Assembly: GCA_963726455.1 (NCBI GenBank)
Contig: CAVSCK010000004.1
Span: 96,001 to 160,000, forward strand
DNA length: 64,000 nt
Source of the DNA: an uncultured bacterium
GTDB lineage: Bacteria; Zixibacteria; MSB-5A5; CAIYYT01
Direction of reading: 5' to 3'
In this document: positions 59,481 to 64,000 of the stretch, piece by piece
How positions within the stretch are numbered: the first letter of the stretch is position 1
How the letters are laid out: each line of letters starts with the position of its first letter
Notes under the pieces: model-generated
Database searches by the model: none
The model's input: only the letters and a program-made list of their open reading frames with translations
What the model was told of the DNA's origin: nothing
Program-made: the position numbers and the translations under genes

Positions 59481-60284
59481 ATGACCATTCTTGATGCCTT
59501 CATTCTCGGTTTCGTGCAGGGCGCGTCTGAATTCCTGCCGATTTCATCTTCCGCGCATCTCGTGATCTCTCAGGGGCTGCTGCATCTGAGCGAGCCCAGC
59601 ATATTCCTCGAAGTCGCACTGCATGTCGGCACGCTGTTGTCGGTGCTGATCTATTTCCGGCGCGATGTCATCGGCGTCTTGTACGGATTCTTCGAATACC
59701 TGCTTACCCGCAAGAAGACTCAGAACGAGGGAAATTTCCGACTCGGACTTTGCATAATCCTCGGTTCGATTCCTGCCGCCGTTGGTGGCTTTCTGTTGGA
59801 AAACTGGTTCGAAGCGCGATTTAAGACCGTCGACTTCAGCGGCTACATGCTGCTGATTACCGCGGCAATGCTGCTCTTAACGTGGTTTGCGCGCAATCGC
59901 AAACAGCCTGTAAATCTGCCGCGCGCCTTGATCATCGGTGTTGCGCAATTCTGTGCGATTCTCCCCGGCATTTCACGCTCCGGTTCGACCATTTCCGCCG
60001 GGCTGTTTCTCGGCATCACACCGCGTGAGGCCGCGCGCTTTTCATTTCTGCTTTCGCTGCCGGCAGTCTTCGGCGCGGCATTGCTCAAGACCGTCGAACT
60101 GTCACACTCGCCTGTGACTCAGAATGATCTGATTCACTTCGGCATCGGCGCCGTGGTATCGTTCGTGGTCGGCCTGGCAGCCATCCATTACTTACTCAAG
60201 ATCGTCAGCAGTCGCCGCTTCTATCTCTTCGGATTCTATTGCCTTCTCGCCGGTATCTTCACTATACTCTATCCTTGGGCATGA
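59481..60284 (+). CDS. uppP: Undecaprenyl-diphosphate phosphatase
   Basis: QGASEFLPISSSAH, PGISRSGST and AARFSFLL. Confidence 0.96.
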   Translation: MTILDAFILGFVQGASEFLPISSSAHLVISQGLLHLSEPSIFLEVALHVGTLLSVLIYFRRDVIGVLYGFFEYLLTRKKTQNEGNFRLGLCIILGSIPAAVGGFLLENWFEARFKTVDFSGYMLLITAAMLLLTWFARNRKQPVNLPRALIIGVAQFCAILPGISRSGSTISAGLFLGITPREAARFSFLLSLPAVFGAALLKTVELSHSPVTQNDLIHFGIGAVVSFVVGLAAIHYLLKIVSSRRFYLFGFYCLLAGIFTILYPWA

Positions 60285-61284
60285 ACAAAATCCTGCTGAT
60301 TCGTTTCAGTTCGGTCGGCGACATCATTCTCACCGAACCGATCATTCGCGTCTTAAGATCCGGCTATCCCGATTCCGAAATCTCCTTTCTGACCAAAGCG
60401 CGATTCCTGCCTCTGCTCGATATGTTCGCGAATCTTCAGCATGTGTACGGCTGGATCGATGATGTCGAGACCAACGAGATGTTGGCGACATTGCGTCAGG
60501 AGCAATTTGATCTTGTGGTCGATCTGCACGCCAGTATCCGCAGTGCCCGTGTCCGCAATGCACTTGGTGTCAAATCGGTCAAGACGAAGAAGGAATGGTT
60601 CAAGCGTATCGCTTCGGTCAAGCTGAATACTATCGCCGGCAGACCGTCGCATGCCTTGGAACGATATCTGTCGTCCTTGTCTGGACTTGGCATCTCGCCG
60701 AGCCAACCGCGCCTGTGCTGCACGTTCCGGAAATGGCATTGGACTGGTGGAATCACGAACGAACGCAGCAGGGCCTGTCTCATGATTACTACGTAATCGC
60801 CGCCGGCGCCGCGCATTCGACCAAACGCGCGCCCGATTCACTCTGGGTTTCACTCGATCGCGTCGTCCAAGACCGATTCCACGCTACCCCCATATTGGTG
60901 GGGTCACCTGCCGAGCGCGACTATCTGACAGCTCTCGCAGATCATTTTGAAAGCAGGCCAAAAGTGATCGTTACCGAAGATGACATCCGTCACGCCGCCG
61001 CCGCCATCAAATCCGCGCACTTCGTTGTCTCCAACGACTCCGGTCTCGCGCACTTGGCCTCGGCGGTTGGCACGCCGATTCTGGCGCTGTTCGGCCCGAC
61101 GCATCCGATTCTCGGTTTTGCTCCGCTGGGTGACTCATGCCGATTACTATTCTGTCAACGAATACTGTCTCCGTGCAGCTTGCACGGCGACCGCCGCTGT
61201 TACCGCAGCGAGCGCTTTTGCTTCAGCAAAATGCAGGTCGATGAGATAGTCGGCAAGATCAAGACACTTCTGGCAGCTCGCTGA
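60281..61284 (+). CDS. Glycosyltransferase family 9 (LPS heptosyltransferase-like; indels near 60700 and 61140)
   Basis: ILLIRFSSVGDIIL, DLVVDLH and SNDSGLAHLASAVGTP..ALFGPT. Confidence 0.9.
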
Positions 61285-61328
61285 CCACGATCCTTGACTT
61301 CAACATTTCCGTCCGCTATCATTAGTGC

Positions 61329-61880
61329 ATGCAACATCGCGCGCTATTTCTCGACCGTGACGGGACGATCAATGTCGAAAAGGAATTCATCCGCGATCCC
61401 GATGACGTCGACTTGATCCCCGGCAGCGCCGAGGCGTTGAAACTGGCGGCAGCCAATGGCTTCAGGCTCTTCGTGATCAGCAATCAATCCGGCGTTGCGC
61501 GTGGCATGATGACGCTCGACGACGTTCACAGTGTGAGTCAGCGCCTGATTGAGTTGCTGGATAGGGAAGGGGTAGCGCTGGATGGCATCGAATACTGTCC
61601 GCATTATCCATCGATTACCGGTCCCTGCGATTGCCGCAAACCGAATCGCGGTATGATTGACCGATCCATCAAGGGGCGCGAAATTGACCTCACTCGTTCG
61701 TTTGTCATCGGCGATCGCGCGCTCGACATCGAACTTGCATGCAACATCGGCGCCCGATCAGTGATGGTCATGACCGGCTACGGCGTGGTCGAACTGAACG
61801 CGCTCACCGCCGACAGTAAACCCGACCATGTTGCCGCCGACTTACTGAACGCAGTGAAATGGATTCTCGATCATGAGTGA
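61329..61880 (+). CDS. gmhB: D-glycero-D-manno-heptose 1,7-bisphosphate phosphatase
   Basis: FLDRDGTIN, SNQSGVARG, YCPH...CDCRKP and IGDR..D. A TTGACT-N17-TATCAT promoter lies at 61294. Confidence 0.9.
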   Translation: MQHRALFLDRDGTINVEKEFIRDPDDVDLIPGSAEALKLAAANGFRLFVISNQSGVARGMMTLDDVHSVSQRLIELLDREGVALDGIEYCPHYPSITGPCDCRKPNRGMIDRSIKGREIDLTRSFVIGDRALDIELACNIGARSVMVMTGYGVVELNALTADSKPDHVAADLLNAVKWILDHE

Positions 61881-62867
61881 ACTGCATGAAGCCCGCTATT
61901 GGCGCACACTCGATTCCGGCAAGATCGAGTGCCTGCTTTGCCCGGTTGACTGCAAGCTCTCCGACAAACAGACCGGCATTTGCTTCGGACGTCAAAATAT
62001 CGACGGCAAGCTGTACGCCACCAATTACGGCGAAGTCGTTTCGATGGCTCTCGATCCGATCGAGAAGAAACCGCTCTATCACTTCTATCCCGGTTCGCAG
62101 ATTCTCTCCGTCGGTCCCAACGGCTGCAATCTGCGCTGCGACAACTGTCAGAATTGGCAGATCTCGCAGGAACATCAAACCACGCGCTCGATGTCTCCGG
62201 AGCAACTGGTGCAACGCGCAACAAGATGACTCGATCGGCATTGCCTACACTTATTCCGAGCCACTGATCTGGTTTGAGTACATCTACGATGCCGCCGTCG
62301 ATTTCGCGCAAACTTGGTCTCAAGACCGTGCTGGTAAGCAACGGCTACATCAACGAGGAACCGTTTCGCGAACTGGCGCCGTTGATCGACGCCATGAACA
62401 TTGATGTCAAATCGATGAATCCCGAGTTCTATCCCGACGTCTGCAAAGGTTCACTGGCCGATGTTTTGCGCACTGTCGAAATCGCCGCATCCTCCGGTAT
62501 GCTCGTCGAGGTTACCAATCTGGTGATCACCGGCCTTAACGACAACGATAATGATTGTCGCCGTTGGTCGACTGGCTCGCCGGAATTGATCGCAAGATTC
62601 CGCTGCACTTCTCGCGCTATTTCCCGCAACACAAAATGGATCGGCCGATGACACCGAGTGAACGACTCAAGCGCGCGTATGATATCGCCTCGGCGAAACT
62701 CGACTACGTCTACGTCGGCAACATCGACCTGCCCGGCACCAACGACACACGCTGTCCGGCATGCAAGAGCGTACTGGTTAAACGTTATGGCTACGCTAGC
62801 GATGTTGTTGGCATTGACCAGGGATGCTGTGCGCAATGCCAGCGAAAGGTGGATATTCCGCCTGTGA
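61873..62867 (+). CDS. amrS: AmmeMemoRadiSam system radical SAM enzyme (several indels)
   Basis: CLLCPVDC, DPIEKKPLYHFYPG, GCNLRCDNCQNWQISQ, AYTYSEP, PLHFSRYFP and YVYVGN. Confidence 0.9.
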
Positions 62868-63242
62868 AACCGAACATCATCAATATCGACGACTGCCCGC
62901 AATTCATCACCAAAGATCGCTCGAAGATTCGCGAGATTATGGCGCCGCGCAATTCGATCATCCAAAATCAGTCGTTGGCCGAAGCCGTGGTTCATGTCGG
63001 CAGCGCCACCGATGAACATTACCATCGCAAGTCCGAGGAAATCTACTTCATCCTGTCTGGTGTAGGCGAAATGCGCGTGGACGGCGAACACCGCGCCCGT
63101 GAGGGCAGGGGATGCCGTCGCTTTGCCGCCCGGCTCAGTTCACAAGATCTGGAACCGCGGCGACACCGATCTCGTCTTCCTCTGCATCTGTGTCCCACCC
63201 TACGAACACGACGACACCGTGATCACAGAAACAACGTCTTGA
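62864..63242 (+). CDS. Cupin domain protein (frameshift near 63095)
   Basis: FITKDRSKIRE...QSLAEA...HYHRKSEEIYFIL, then PPGSVHKIWN...LCICVPPYEHDDT. Confidence 0.85.
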
Positions 63243-63279
63243 TATAGAAGATTGATTATTCCCCTCTCCCTTGGGGGCA

Positions 63280-63390
63280 ATTCGTAGGTCGGGTTCCGAA
63301 CGGAAGTCTGTCTCAAGGTAAAAGTCGATACTGGAAATTCCTCAGAGCCGGGGCCGTACCTTCGTACAATACGGAGTGAGAAACCCGACA
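63280..63390 (+). repeat. Family E element, copy 2
   Basis: GTAGGTCGGGTTCCGAACG...(72 bp)...AGTGAGAAACCCGACA. Confidence 0.75.
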
Positions 63391-63481
63391 CTGATCTTGT
63401 ATACGAATCGAATGAGAGTCGAATTCCTAACCGAGACTTGTCATTGCGAAGAACGTTGGATGTTGCTATGCGGCGAGGGTT

Positions 63482-63790
63482 CTACTTCTTCTTCATCCCC
63501 GCCTGCGCGCAGCACTCAAATCCCAGAAAGAACGCCAATGCCTTGTCTCTGAGCGTTTCTTCATTGACTGCGTAGATGACCTGTTGGCCGCGACGTTTCG
63601 CGGTCACGAGGCCGCTTTGGCGCAAAACCATCAGATGGCGCGATATCGTGGGCTGTGCGAGATTGAAGAAATCGACGATTTCGTTCACCGCACGCGGCCG
63701 CGTGTTCAGCATCTGCATGATCTTAACACGCGTTTCGTCTGCCAGCGCCTTGAAGATGTCGGCAAACTGCGCCGAGTCCGGTTTGTCCAT
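63482..63790 (-). CDS. ArsR/SmtB family transcriptional regulator (alternative start 63808)
   Basis: FKALADETRVKI...QPTISRHLMVLRQSGLV..RRGQQVIY and a C-terminal CC pair. Confidence 0.9.
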   Translation of the reverse strand: MDKPDSAQFADIFKALADETRVKIMQMLNTRPRAVNEIVDFFNLAQPTISRHLMVLRQSGLVTAKRRGQQVIYAVNEETLRDKALAFFLGFECCAQAGMKKK

Positions 63791-64000
63791 CGATTTCCCT
63801 TCAGTCATGATCCAACGGGCGTCAAGATGCGCCTGCGTGGAGCGTATGTCAAGTAAAACCAACCGCAAACTTTGTCGGCGAGAAACCCGTTGACTTATTC
63901 GTACCCCGCCGTTACCATATTCTCGTCAAACAGGCGCTCCCTGTGCGATCAATGTGTGTCTAGCCCCATCGGGCATCACGAGGTTTGCCGAGAAGTACTC

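Noticed and set aside
62555-63247. AmrS-cupin fusion protein
   Set aside because: One extra C near 62858 explains the read-through. Removing it gives ...DIRL* (TGA 62865-62867) overlapping a GTG start with its own RBS.

Overview
Chromosomal window of about 55% GC (by eye) from a diderm bacterium, as shown by LPS heptose genes and an Omp85-family barrel. Several secreted proteins end in a C-terminal dockerin pair (GDxNxDGxVDISDxVYLIxYIFxxGPxPC), which suggests candidate phylum Zixibacteria (inference). Many genes, including essential rpsA and cmk, carry single-base indels, so this looks like an unpolished long-read assembly rather than gene decay. Layout: (1) 1-21 kb is accessory, with five dockerin-tailed secreted proteins, an AT-richer membrane-gene block bounded by GTAG-type REP palindromes, an ABC exporter and an Omp85 barrel. 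(2) 21-30 kb holds thyX, two tandem GWxTD proteins, cmk-plsC-rpsA and an M3-peptidase-like lipoprotein lacking HExxH. (3) 30.4-46.7 kb is a flagellar operon from a MotE-like gene and fliK to fliA, with two sigma54 promoters and no motAB. (4) 46.7-55.8 kb is an appended signalling module: DUF2225, two PilZ proteins, a PAS-GAF His kinase with a degenerate ATP-binding domain, a stand-alone chemoreceptor tip, a CheB homologue lacking its catalytic triad, two receivers and FapA. (5) The end carries tRNA-Gly, der, uppP, LPS genes, amrS, a cupin and ArsR. The best candidates for undescribed systems are the chemotaxis-derived pseudoenzyme module and the non-cellulosomal cohesin/dockerin set. All family calls come from motif recognition by eye, with no database searches.
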